Origin: a virus
Taxonomy: Duplodnaviria; Caudoviricetes
Reading direction: 5' to 3' (one strand)
Length of the DNA stretch: 35,503 nt
Virus record (IMG/VR): IMGVR_UViG_3300014656_000079
Span: 1 to 35,503 of that record
In this document: one piece after another, positions 17,297 through 26,318 of the stretch
How the letters are laid out: each line of letters opens with the position of its first letter
Numbering within the stretch: the first letter of the stretch is position 1
Position numbers and translations under genes: made by a program
The notes under the pieces: model-generated
What the model saw: the letters and a program-made list of their open reading frames with translations, nothing else
Told to the model about the DNA's origin: nothing
The model's database searches: none

Positions 17297-17328
17297 AAAT
17301 AATATAAAAAATAAGGAGAGGTGAAAAA

Positions 17329-17625
17329 ATGAACAATGATAAGGAAAATATAGTTAAAAAAATTAATAAAGTAAGAAATGAATTTCATCAAACTGCAGCT
17401 ATGTTACCTAATGTTTTATTATTAGGACGTAAGCAATATAAAGAGTTTCAGGCAGCCATTGATCATTCAGATGGATTGGTTTTATCTCAAGGATCACCAC
17501 ATCTTATGTATTGGGGGATGCATGTTTTTGATATTGCAATGGACGATTATATTTCTGTTGGTTATGTGATTACTCCGTCTGCTAAAGCAGACGGCTTCTA
17601 CGGATTGATTACCGATGTTATGTAA
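17329..17625 (+). CDS. hypothetical protein, paralog of 16852-17118; C-terminus reads through an IS right-end copy
   Basis: Similarity to paralog stops at SVGY, exactly where the RE copy begins (17566). Confidence 0.7.
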   Translation: MNNDKENIVKKINKVRNEFHQTAAMLPNVLLLGRKQYKEFQAAIDHSDGLVLSQGSPHLMYWGMHVFDIAMDDYISVGYVITPSAKADGFYGLITDVM

Positions 17626-17682
17626 TCCCAGAGCAAATATGTTTCATGCATATACTATATGCTTAAAAGATATTAATGTTAA
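17566..17682 (-). mobile_element. solo IS605-type right end with upstream promoter (non-autonomous remnant / candidate omegaRNA)
   Basis: GTGATTACTCCGTCTGCTAAAGCAGACGGCTTCT vs GTGATCACTCCGCCAGCTAAAGCAGACGGCTTCT at 15174; TTAACA-17-TATAGT at 17682-17654. Confidence 0.75.
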
Positions 17683-17755
17683 ACACAATCTTAGTTGATT
17701 ATTGCGGAGAGTGTGGGAGTAAAAACCCACCTTGTTACTGTATGAGGGATGAATA

Positions 17756-18700
17756 ATGGAGCAGTACTATCGAGATAAGCATAGTATTATGTATCAGGGG
17801 GATGCTTTTAAGGTTTTACAGCAGTTTTCTGCACAATTAGTAGATTGCGTTGTTACTTCACCGCCTTATTTTGGGAAGAGAGAGTATGATATAGAGCCTA
17901 TTGTTTGGGATGATAACGGAGATTGCGAGCATGAATGGGGTGAGATTATCAAGAAATTTGCAGCTCCTCATCATGGGGTAAGTTCTCAAGTCATGAAAGT
18001 CCAGGCAATGACCAAGGATGCTTTTAGCAAGAAGTATGATTCAGGGAGAATGTGTAAGCGGTGTGACGCGTGGAGAGGTTCTTTAGGGATGGAACCGGAC
18101 TTGAACATGTTTATCGGGCATTTAGCAGATATATTTGAACAAGTCAAAAAAGCATTAAAGCTAACAGGCACGTGCTGGATTAATCTTGGCAGTAAGTATG
18201 AGAACAAAAGTGATTTATTAATTCCAGAGAAGTTAGCAATAGAGATGACTGGTAGAGGTTGGTATTTGAGAAATAAAATTGTGTGGCACAAGAACAACCC
18301 GTTTCCAGAGCCTGTTAAAGACAGATTTTTTGTGGATTATGAATTGATTTTGTTTTTTACAAAAAGCAAGGATTATTATTTCGAGCAGCAGATTGTTGGG
18401 GTGGGAGATTATAAACATAATAAAGGTTGTGTTTGGAAGATGAATTCAGATCCGTTTGGGGGAGATCATTTTGCGAGTTTTCCACGGGAATTGGTATCAA
18501 ACATAATAAAAGCAGGCTGTCCTCAAGGCGGCATTGTTATGGATCCGTTTACTGGAACTGGCAGGACAGGTGTTGTTGCTAAGAAATTAGGCAGAAAGTT
18601 TGTGGGTATAGAGCTTTCTGAGAAGTATATAAAAGAGATAACAATTCCGTATTTAAAAAGCGCTGGTTGGGGGACTGATCTGCAGATGGAGTTTGTGTAA
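17756..18700 (+). CDS. DNA methyltransferase, beta class (N4-cytosine/N6-adenine)
   Basis: Motif IV TSPPY precedes motif I DPFTGTG; HFASFP, GIELS. Confidence 0.93.
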   Translation: MEQYYRDKHSIMYQGDAFKVLQQFSAQLVDCVVTSPPYFGKREYDIEPIVWDDNGDCEHEWGEIIKKFAAPHHGVSSQVMKVQAMTKDAFSKKYDSGRMCKRCDAWRGSLGMEPDLNMFIGHLADIFEQVKKALKLTGTCWINLGSKYENKSDLLIPEKLAIEMTGRGWYLRNKIVWHKNNPFPEPVKDRFFVDYELILFFTKSKDYYFEQQIVGVGDYKHNKGCVWKMNSDPFGGDHFASFPRELVSNIIKAGCPQGGIVMDPFTGTGRTGVVAKKLGRKFVGIELSEKYIKEITIPYLKSAGWGTDLQMEFV

Positions 18701-18717
18701 TAAAAATAAAGGAGAGA

Positions 18718-19080
18718 TTGGTTATGAGTGAATTAAGTATTCAGCAGAAAGTTAAGGAGAATATGTTTTTATCAGTTAGGGAGATGTGTACATGGTTGAA
18801 TGTTAGCAGACGTACATTATATAAGATTGTTAAGAATAATAACATTTCTTTTGTTAGGGCTGGTATTGAGTATAGGTATAATCCAGCTGATTTTTTAAAT
18901 ATAAAGACAACAAAGAGAAATCCTGACAGATGGAAGGAGCGGCCAAAACCGGGAGAGCTTAAGTCAAAAACCACTAAAGCTCCTAAAGAGGTTGAAGCAG
19001 TAATTGAGGATCCTATTGATGTTAATGATAAGGAAGATGACTATATTGGAGGAAGGAACCCATTGGAGGATTTGGAATGA
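18718..19080 (+). CDS. excisionase-like HTH DNA-binding protein
   Basis: LSVREMCTWLNVSRRTLYKIV...RAGIEYRY (HTH_17-like). Confidence 0.75.
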   Translation: MVMSELSIQQKVKENMFLSVREMCTWLNVSRRTLYKIVKNNNISFVRAGIEYRYNPADFLNIKTTKRNPDRWKERPKPGELKSKTTKAPKEVEAVIEDPIDVNDKEDDYIGGRNPLEDLE

Positions 19081-19994
19081 TTGATCAGACAAGAGTTATA
19101 AGGAGGAGGAGGAGTGCTGAGTTTATACATCAATTTACTAAGATCCATCGTGGTATACACTGCAAATACTTTTGGGTTTTGTCTTTAGGAAACGGGTGTG
19201 TTTATGATTGTGCGTATTGTTTTTTGAAAATAACATTTAGACATCAGTATGATACAAAGAGTAAAAGATTGAACATGGCTTCTTTTATTAATAAGAATGA
19301 TATGGAGAGAGATCTTAGGTTTTGGCTAGAGCATAATGGGGGCAGCTTAATATTAAATGCAGGAGAGTTATCTGATTCTTTGATTACAGATGACATTGAT
19401 AAAAACACTAAATTTCTTATTCCTATATTTGCTCAGCAGAAGAAGCATTGTTTATTATTTGTAACTAAATCTGACTGCATACAGAATCTATTGGATTTAG
19501 AACCAACAAATCAGGTTATCATTAGTTTTTCTATTAATGGTTTGTATGCGACACAAAGATTTGAAAGGAATGCGCCAAGCTTAGAACAGCGGATGAGAGC
19601 TATTGATGCGTTGCTTAAAAGAGGATGGCGTGTAAGAGTACGAATAGATCCGATGATACCTTATGAAGACTGGAAGCAGGACTATCGTTATTTATGTATT
19701 AAATTAAATAATTTGCAGGTACAGCCTGAGAGGATAACTATTGGTTCTTTGAGAATTTTTAGAATAGGGTTAGTTAAGTCACCATATTATGCAGATGATG
19801 ATTTAAAGTCTTTTTTAGTTGACCATCAAGATACTGATAAAAGACTTAGAATAGCGTATGCATTAAGAAAAGAAATGTATCAACATATGCAAGCGTATTT
19901 AAATAAGGGGAAGGAGGTTGGCATATGCAAGGAAGTAACAAAATTAGTAAAAGAGTTGGAAATGAGCGATAATTTATGCAATTGTGAGCCATAA
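19077..19994 (+). CDS. spore photoproduct lyase (SplB)-like radical SAM protein
   Basis: GCVYDCAYCFL, GELSDSL, VTKS, RIDPMI, CKE, C-terminal CNC. Confidence 0.8.
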   Translation: MIDQTRVIRRRRSAEFIHQFTKIHRGIHCKYFWVLSLGNGCVYDCAYCFLKITFRHQYDTKSKRLNMASFINKNDMERDLRFWLEHNGGSLILNAGELSDSLITDDIDKNTKFLIPIFAQQKKHCLLFVTKSDCIQNLLDLEPTNQVIISFSINGLYATQRFERNAPSLEQRMRAIDALLKRGWRVRVRIDPMIPYEDWKQDYRYLCIKLNNLQVQPERITIGSLRIFRIGLVKSPYYADDDLKSFLVDHQDTDKRLRIAYALRKEMYQHMQAYLNKGKEVGICKEVTKLVKELEMSDNLCNCEP

Positions 19995-20007
19995 TCATTG
20001 AAATTCG

Positions 20008-20036
20008 TTGATTTTATTGCAATTTTGTTATATAAT
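20008..20036 (+). promoter_or_regulatory. sigma70 promoter of packaging genes
   Basis: TTGATT-17 nt-TATAAT; ATG 9 nt downstream with no SD (probably leaderless). Confidence 0.65.
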
Positions 20037-20045
20037 TGAATAGAG

Positions 20046-21038
20046 ATGGATAAAGATACTACTTCTAATATTTTTTCTGATGATGATTTTGATAAGTACG
20101 GGCATTCAAAAAATGCAGATGCTTTGACAAATCCAGAAGAGGAACCCCCCTTAGTTCCTTCCGAAGAAAATGATAATAAATCTCTAAGTGAATATGAAGA
20201 AGAGCAGGCTGCTGCACATTATGCTGACGTTCATCATTTAGATGAAAGCATAGCGCCAGGCACGTTACCAATTCAGTCTTTTGAGCGGCTTTTAGATGCT
20301 TTTAAAAAATACGATCAAACGTATAATTCAGCCAAATACTTGAAGAAATTATATGACGATTATAAAAAGAAAGGGTATGAAGATTCTGCGTTGTTATTTG
20401 AAATGCTTTATTGGATGACATTTCAAGATCGACAACGAATTATATACGAAAGAAAAAGAAAGAAGATTAAAAAAGCTGATGGAGCAGATGAAGAGACAAT
20501 TGATTTTGAGGAAGCTAAGAATTTAATAAAAGTATCTGAGCATATTTCTAAACTGCATACAGCGTTAGACAATCAAAAAGCTAAGAAGCAGGAAGGCCTT
20601 GATATTGTTACAATGCATCAGAATATGGTTGATTTAGCTAAAGATCAGATTAAAAAGAATATTGGTGAGTTTTCGATTATGTGTCAGGAATGTAAAACAA
20701 TTGTTGAGGGAAGCGGCTTACCTCATTGGGCTGTTAAGAAAGAATTAGATGCTGAAGGGCATTCTGTTTATTATGTTTACTCTCCAGAATTATGGTATTT
20801 AACAGTTAAAAAGAAGATTAGTCCGCATCATATGGCTTTTGCTTTAAGAACATCTATCGAAGGTTTGTTATGGACGCGTAATGCGCGCGGAGCAGGGACA
20901 AACCCTCCTTCATGGGATATAGAGCAAGAAGAGATGGATTTAAGAAAGTTAATGGATGATTTTACTACTCAAGGGGAGAAAAAACAATTAAAGATTTGGG
21001 AAGATCTGCAAAAGAAAAAGCAGCAAATAGAAGAGTAG
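20046..21038 (+). CDS. hypothetical protein, possible terminase small subunit
   Basis: Overlaps start of terL; acidic N-terminus, CxxC; positional inference only. Confidence 0.45.
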   Translation: MDKDTTSNIFSDDDFDKYGHSKNADALTNPEEEPPLVPSEENDNKSLSEYEEEQAAAHYADVHHLDESIAPGTLPIQSFERLLDAFKKYDQTYNSAKYLKKLYDDYKKKGYEDSALLFEMLYWMTFQDRQRIIYERKRKKIKKADGADEETIDFEEAKNLIKVSEHISKLHTALDNQKAKKQEGLDIVTMHQNMVDLAKDQIKKNIGEFSIMCQECKTIVEGSGLPHWAVKKELDAEGHSVYYVYSPELWYLTVKKKISPHHMAFALRTSIEGLLWTRNARGAGTNPPSWDIEQEEMDLRKLMDDFTTQGEKKQLKIWEDLQKKKQQIEE

Positions 21039-23296
21039 AAGATGCTCTTTGTTTTAACTTTCTATTTGATAACCCTGTTTTATTTCGTGATGTTTTTATG
21101 CCTCAGTTCTGGGGTAAATATTATAAAACAAGGTATTATCAATACTCAGAGGCACTGTCTAAAAATGCAGTTGTACTAGGAGGAAGGTCATTCGGAAAAT
21201 GTCTTGCAGGTTCAACAATGATATTGAGTTGTGTAGATGGTGTTTATAATACAATTAAAGATTTATATAATAAGAAAGAGCAATGTTTAGTTTCTTCTTT
21301 AGGTAAAGATGGAAAAGTTATTACTGAGAAAGCGAAGGTATTTTCCACTGGCTTTAAAAAAGTATATAAGCTACGTCTTAGAGGTGCAAAAGAGATAAAA
21401 GCAAGTGCTGATCATAGGTTTTTGACAGGAGCTGGATGGAAAAGATTACACGAGTTAAAGAAGAGGGAGCTTGTTGCAACTCTTAAACATGTATCTGATT
21501 ATAAAGAAGGTTTGTTACCTAATGAGTTTTTGAATAAATTAAAATATGAAATAAAAAGAAAAGGATTTGCTTATCGAAGATTAGGCAGATTATATTATAC
21601 TGGTATTGATAATCCTAAAGATAGGGATAAGCGTTTTAGATATAGAGGAGGTCGAATATCTAAAGAAATATTTAGAAAATATGCTGAGATAATTAATTCA
21701 GAAGAATTAATAATTATGGCTAATTCTGATATACATTGGGAACAAGTAAAAAAAATAGAATATATAGGAATTGAAGAAACATATGACTTGGAAGTAGAAA
21801 ACACTCATAATTTTATAGCGAATGATATTATAGTACATAATTCAGTTGGGTTAGAACTTGCGTGGACACAAATTATAATTACAAGATTTAATGAAGAGTC
21901 GTTATTAACAACCTTTAGAAAACTGCATATTAAAGATAGAGCTGAAAAAGTTATTAGCAATATTCAGTTAAATCCTTATTTAAAGTATTTTTTAAGAGGT
22001 TCAAGTAATACAACACGTGATTCAATAACGCGTACTCCTACCTATGAGATTAGGCTAAGGAATGGACACGTAGCTTATGGTATTTCTACTGGTGATGATC
22101 CATTAGCTATTATGATTCAAGGAAAACACCCTCACTGGAGATTTGGCGACGAGATGCAGTCATACGTGCATCACGCTTGGATCAAGTTTCAAGGGGCGCA
22201 AGATCCGCGTGGTTCTCATGATAAGTTTTATGGATGTATTGATGGCAGGATAGGTACACCTTTCAGGAAATTAGATGGCAAGATCAAGAAGTTTTATGAT
22301 TGTAGATATCGTATTTCCAGGAGATTAGAGCCATATTTCAATCAGCAGACGAAGCTTGATTGCGCGCAGATTTATGGTGGATTGAATGCAGATGAGTTTA
22401 AAATGCAGGTTGATGCTGAGTATGCAGAGCCGTTATGGTCTGTTTGGCCTGAGAAGGCTATTGTAGATTGTATTGATACAACTCCTGTAGAGCATAATCG
22501 TGCGTTATTAAAGAATGAAATGCAGATTATTTCTATTTCAGGTAAAGAGTATTCTGGATTACTTCCAGAGCAGGTATTATATGATCTGCCATCGTTACCT
22601 GAAGAGGGATTAGAGATGATCATGGGTATAGATACTGGCTATACACAACCGACTGTTATTTTACCGTTTTATTATTATAAGGAAAAATGGAATTTGGTGT
22701 GTAGGATTGTATTAAGAGATAAGGTTATTCCTGATGATCAAGCTGAGATAATGGATTATATTGCAGATTTTTATAAGGGCAGTATACTTGCTATTGATTG
22801 CAGCTCTGCAGAGGGGAAAGCGCCTGCTACAGCTTTGTTAAATCCAAAGAGATCTGAGTTTGTTGGTAAGCATTATGAAGATAGAGTAATAATGGTAGAA
22901 TTTCAAAAGAGGATGACTGTTGGTTATAGAGTAGAGGGGGAAGAATTGGTTGAAATAACAGAACGGATTAAGGAGAAGACTACAGAAATAGGTTGTAATA
23001 TGTTTGTACAGAATAAGATAAGAATATACAAAGATGAGGATTTTCTTAAGGAATTTAATGATGAAAAGAGAAAGAAGGTTGGGGAGAGCACACTTATTTT
23101 CACTCCTATGGACTGCCATATTCCAGAAGCTTATAGATGTTTTTGTTATGCATGGTCACTTAAGCATCAAGGCATAGATCTTCCTGAGACAGAAGAGGAA
23201 GATATTGATTATGAGTTTGCAGTACCTGAATATCATAAAATGCCTTTTCAGATATTGGGAAGAAGAGCAGCTTCTCCTGGTGATTTTATTAGATGA
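20996..23296 (+). CDS. terL: terminase large subunit (intein-containing)
   Basis: Walker A GGRSFGK/S split by intein, Walker B FGDE, nuclease GIDTG; lies before portal. Confidence 0.85.
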   Translation: MGRSAKEKAANRRVEDALCFNFLFDNPVLFRDVFMPQFWGKYYKTRYYQYSEALSKNAVVLGGRSFGKCLAGSTMILSCVDGVYNTIKDLYNKKEQCLVSSLGKDGKVITEKAKVFSTGFKKVYKLRLRGAKEIKASADHRFLTGAGWKRLHELKKRELVATLKHVSDYKEGLLPNEFLNKLKYEIKRKGFAYRRLGRLYYTGIDNPKDRDKRFRYRGGRISKEIFRKYAEIINSEELIIMANSDIHWEQVKKIEYIGIEETYDLEVENTHNFIANDIIVHNSVGLELAWTQIIITRFNEESLLTTFRKLHIKDRAEKVISNIQLNPYLKYFLRGSSNTTRDSITRTPTYEIRLRNGHVAYGISTGDDPLAIMIQGKHPHWRFGDEMQSYVHHAWIKFQGAQDPRGSHDKFYGCIDGRIGTPFRKLDGKIKKFYDCRYRISRRLEPYFNQQTKLDCAQIYGGLNADEFKMQVDAEYAEPLWSVWPEKAIVDCIDTTPVEHNRALLKNEMQIISISGKEYSGLLPEQVLYDLPSLPEEGLEMIMGIDTGYTQPTVILPFYYYKEKWNLVCRIVLRDKVIPDDQAEIMDYIADFYKGSILAIDCSSAEGKAPATALLNPKRSEFVGKHYEDRVIMVEFQKRMTVGYRVEGEELVEITERIKEKTTEIGCNMFVQNKIRIYKDEDFLKEFNDEKRKKVGESTLIFTPMDCHIPEAYRCFCYAWSLKHQGIDLPETEEEDIDYEFAVPEYHKMPFQILGRRAASPGDFIR
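21200..21841 (+). mobile_element. intein (214 aa, no LAGLIDADG endonuclease seen)
   Basis: N-terminal CLAGST, block B ASADHRF, TYDLEV..HNFIANDIIVHN|S C-terminus. Confidence 0.92.
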
Positions 23297-23469
23297 AATA
23301 TAAGAAAAAATATTTAATTGAGCAATTAATTAAGGAAGTTGGAATTGCTAATGGCATGATCTCTATTAAGGTTGTAAACAATAAATTTAATCGCATTATT
23401 TTTACTGTTAATTATTTAGGTAAGGAGATGGATTTAGTGGAATCTTTTAGTGCTGAGCAAAGTGCTTGA
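23293..23469 (+). CDS. small hypothetical protein (58 aa)
   Basis: Read manually: MKYKKKYLIEQLIKEVGIANGMISIKVVNN...; ATGA-coupled to terL. Confidence 0.5.
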   Translation: MKYKKKYLIEQLIKEVGIANGMISIKVVNNKFNRIIFTVNYLGKEMDLVESFSAEQSA

Positions 23470-23494
23470 CAAATCTCCAAAAGTATAGTATAAT
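23466..23494 (+). promoter_or_regulatory. consensus sigma70 promoter upstream of head genes
   Basis: Perfect TTGACA-17 nt-TATAAT. Confidence 0.88.
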
Positions 23495-23547
23495 TAGATA
23501 GATAGGTAAAAAAGTTATATAAAAATCTTAGCCGGCAAGCAGGTTGC

Positions 23548-23601
23548 AGCTAGGTTTTATATCTTATCGATAGAGATAGGGTATAGAATCTAGCTTTTTT
23601 T
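23548..23601 (+). terminator. leader terminator/attenuator before portal gene
   Basis: 21-bp stem (4 G-U pairs), 6-nt loop, followed by T run. Confidence 0.75.
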
Positions 23602-23615
23602 ATGGGCTTTTTATT

Positions 23616-25403
23616 ATGGGTAAAAAAGTTAGCAGTACTAAAACAAATAAAACTCCTATCAAAATATCCTCGTCTACAACGCCAAGAAATGTATTATCTC
23701 AAAACGAAGAACTTGTAAAAGCAGAGTACGGACAGAGAGTGAAGTGGCTTGGGTATCAGGAAGGTACAGTTTATTACGAGCAGAAATCTCAAGGTGAATT
23801 TCTCAAGGGGAATCGTACTGATTACGGTCGTGCTATTGATATTCGCATACCAAAGGGATATCACGCACAAGTAAGTAAAAGCTGGGAGATGTACGATACT
23901 GACCGGATATTTCGTTATTTAATTGATAGATGCGGTGAGTTTGGAGCGAATGGGTTTGAGTGGGAAGTACCTTTAAACATTGAAGAAGGGTTATTAAATC
24001 GTATTTTTGATAAAGTAAAAAAAGGTAAAATTCATAGTTCTATAAGAAAGATAGAGAAGGAGAAGAAAGTTTGGGATCATTGGGCAGCTAATATTAACAA
24101 AGGCGTACCGAATGTACTTCCTGGTATTGATGAAATTAACAAATGGATTTATAAGCATTGTTTATTAAGTGCGATGGGAGTGTTGGACTGGGAGTATGAT
24201 ACAGTAGAGGTTGATAAAGTAAGGTATGAGCTTCCGGTGAGAATGACTATTCATAATCCATTAAGCATTGCTTTAGATCGGGATAATGTTCGGTTTGTAT
24301 CTGAGAAGATTTTTTTAAAGATTTCAGAGAACCAGAAAAAGATCGTATCTTCTTCTCAGTATGTAAATTTGTCAAATGGAAGTGGTGTTGATATTCGGTT
24401 TTTAGGGCTTGAGTTACCACAGATGGGAGCAAACAGCAAGAATACTACAGAGGCGTTTGCTTTAAAGTATAATTGGACTCCAGGAGATAATACAACTTTA
24501 GTGTATAATGGTTCTACAAGTGTTGGGCAGGGGTTATATCCGACACCACCTTTTGTTGGTTTATTTGAGAATTTGTTATTAAGAAAAGGGTTAACAGCAG
24601 CTGATTTATCTATTATTGATGGAGTTATTGATTATTTGTTAGTTTGGAAGATTGGTAATGATGCTAAGGATGAGAAAGGCAGATTAATTAATCAGCCAAG
24701 GCCTGCTAAGTATACTTCTGCTGGAGCTAAGATAGCTAAATCTTCTATTGAAATGGCGCAAGAGATTATTACTAAAGATACACGCGGCAGTGTGCTGCAG
24801 TTATTCCTTCCTTATTTTTATGATTTGAAGATAATCACACCTGATGTAGCGGCTTTAGTGAGTACAGATAAATATATCGAGGCTATTTTAGAACTTTTTA
24901 TTGCATTTGGAATTTTTATATCTCCGCCAAGAACAGACCTAAAAATCAAAGATTTAAATATAGCTAACTTTGAGCAGATGGTTGAAAATATTAGAAAGAA
25001 TCATATAAGAAGGTTTTGGGAATCTTTATGTTCTGAGATAGTAAAGAGAAATCCTGGTACATTAACAATTTTACCTAACATGGTTTTTAATCCATTGAAT
25101 ACCCAGGATGCTGATTTTAGAACTGGTATTTTTAACTTAGCTAAATTAGGGCTGGTCTCAAAGGAGAGTACACAAAAAGCTTATAGGTTGGATAAGAAGA
25201 CAGAATTAGCAAGAATAATTAAAGAGGTTGCATCTGGGGAAAAGGATTTGTTTGATGTATCTGTGCCTATAAGTTATAAGCAATCTGCTGTTCATCCTGG
25301 AGGGCGGACAGATAGTAATTTAAGTCCTGCAGATCAAGAGGGCAGACCTCCTAAAGAAGAGCCAAAAGAAGACAAAACAGAAGAAGAGGAGGAGGAGGAT
25401 TAA
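23616..25403 (+). CDS. probable portal protein
   Basis: 595 aa between terL and protease/capsid; GRP plus acidic tail typical of portals; synteny-based. Confidence 0.7.
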   Translation: MGKKVSSTKTNKTPIKISSSTTPRNVLSQNEELVKAEYGQRVKWLGYQEGTVYYEQKSQGEFLKGNRTDYGRAIDIRIPKGYHAQVSKSWEMYDTDRIFRYLIDRCGEFGANGFEWEVPLNIEEGLLNRIFDKVKKGKIHSSIRKIEKEKKVWDHWAANINKGVPNVLPGIDEINKWIYKHCLLSAMGVLDWEYDTVEVDKVRYELPVRMTIHNPLSIALDRDNVRFVSEKIFLKISENQKKIVSSSQYVNLSNGSGVDIRFLGLELPQMGANSKNTTEAFALKYNWTPGDNTTLVYNGSTSVGQGLYPTPPFVGLFENLLLRKGLTAADLSIIDGVIDYLLVWKIGNDAKDEKGRLINQPRPAKYTSAGAKIAKSSIEMAQEIITKDTRGSVLQLFLPYFYDLKIITPDVAALVSTDKYIEAILELFIAFGIFISPPRTDLKIKDLNIANFEQMVENIRKNHIRRFWESLCSEIVKRNPGTLTILPNMVFNPLNTQDADFRTGIFNLAKLGLVSKESTQKAYRLDKKTELARIIKEVASGEKDLFDVSVPISYKQSAVHPGGRTDSNLSPADQEGRPPKEEPKEDKTEEEEEED

Positions 25404-25405
25404 TA

Positions 25406-25681
25406 ATGAGCATACCAAAACAGATGGTAGATGATGGACAAGCTTTTTCTAGTGCAAATGGAATTTTAGTTTCGTTTACATTAACAGGGGGTTTAGAGCC
25501 ATCAGAGGCTATTTTATATGATGGTACAGATGCTACAGGCACTGTATTATGGGGTTTAAAGGCAGCAACTAGAGAAACTGTATCTGCTCCTGAATTAAAT
25601 ATTCCTTATAACACAGGTGTTTATTGTAATTTATTCAGCAATGGAACTTCTGGCGCTAAAGCGTATATCGCACGTAAGTAA
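25406..25681 (+). CDS. small beta-rich hypothetical (virion-associated?) protein
   Basis: LYDGTDATGTVL motif; in head module. Confidence 0.6.
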   Translation: MSIPKQMVDDGQAFSSANGILVSFTLTGGLEPSEAILYDGTDATGTVLWGLKAATRETVSAPELNIPYNTGVYCNLFSNGTSGAKAYIARK

Positions 25682-25703
25682 AACTTGTATTTATTATTAA
25701 AAA

Positions 25704-26030
25704 ATGGGGCGTAATATGCAGGCAGAAATCTTTAATAATAATAATAAGGAAGATTTTATGCGGAATTTAAGATGGGTTACCCCTGTTGGAGTTACAATAG
25801 CAATATTTTTATTAGGTATTATTTTAAGTAGAGTTAGTTCTATTGATACAAAGTTGTTTAATCATTTAACAAACAGAGAGATGCATACACCACAGAGTGC
25901 TTTAAGGGATTTTGTACCAAGGACTGAAATAGATGCTATGACTGTTAGAGTATTGGATTTAATAACTGCTTTAGAAAAAAGGGTAACCTATATATCAGCT
26001 AATCAAAATATGTTTATAAAATCAAAATAA
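25704..26030 (+). CDS. single-TM protein (holin/spanin-like, uncertain)
   Basis: One TM helix then amphipathic helix. Confidence 0.5.
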   Translation: MGRNMQAEIFNNNNKEDFMRNLRWVTPVGVTIAIFLLGIILSRVSSIDTKLFNHLTNREMHTPQSALRDFVPRTEIDAMTVRVLDLITALEKRVTYISANQNMFIKSK

Positions 26031-26120
26031 GAGATAAGGATAATGTTTGAAAAAAGCAGTGGATGTCTTGCTTGCTGTTTGATTTACAGAGAAATGATGG
26101 GTTTGTTTAGAGAATAATAA

Positions 26121-26288
26121 AGAAAAGGAAGCATCACTTACTCCGATTTATATTCGACTCAAGGGGGAACCTGGGAGGAAAGTTTTGAGCAAAGAAAAAG
26201 AGAACAAGAAAAAAGTGAAGAGAGCGGGCTTGAAATCAATACGGAGAAGAATTCAAGTGATGGTAAGGGAGCAAATGCAGACAGCTAA
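26121..26288 (+). pseudogene. possible remnant of a lambda-type portal gene 3' end
   Basis: Start-less frame ITYSDLYSTQGGTWEESFEQRKREQEK...GLEI resembles lambda gpB-family C-termini (recall only). Confidence 0.4.
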
Positions 26289-26318
26289 GACTCTGGTCTT
26301 GGAAGAGAGGAGCAATAA

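Noticed and set aside
17566-17755. Complete MITE ending at the ATGG of the methyltransferase gene
   Set aside because: No left-end hairpin like 16812-16831 is present, and the segment contains the methyltransferase's own SD.
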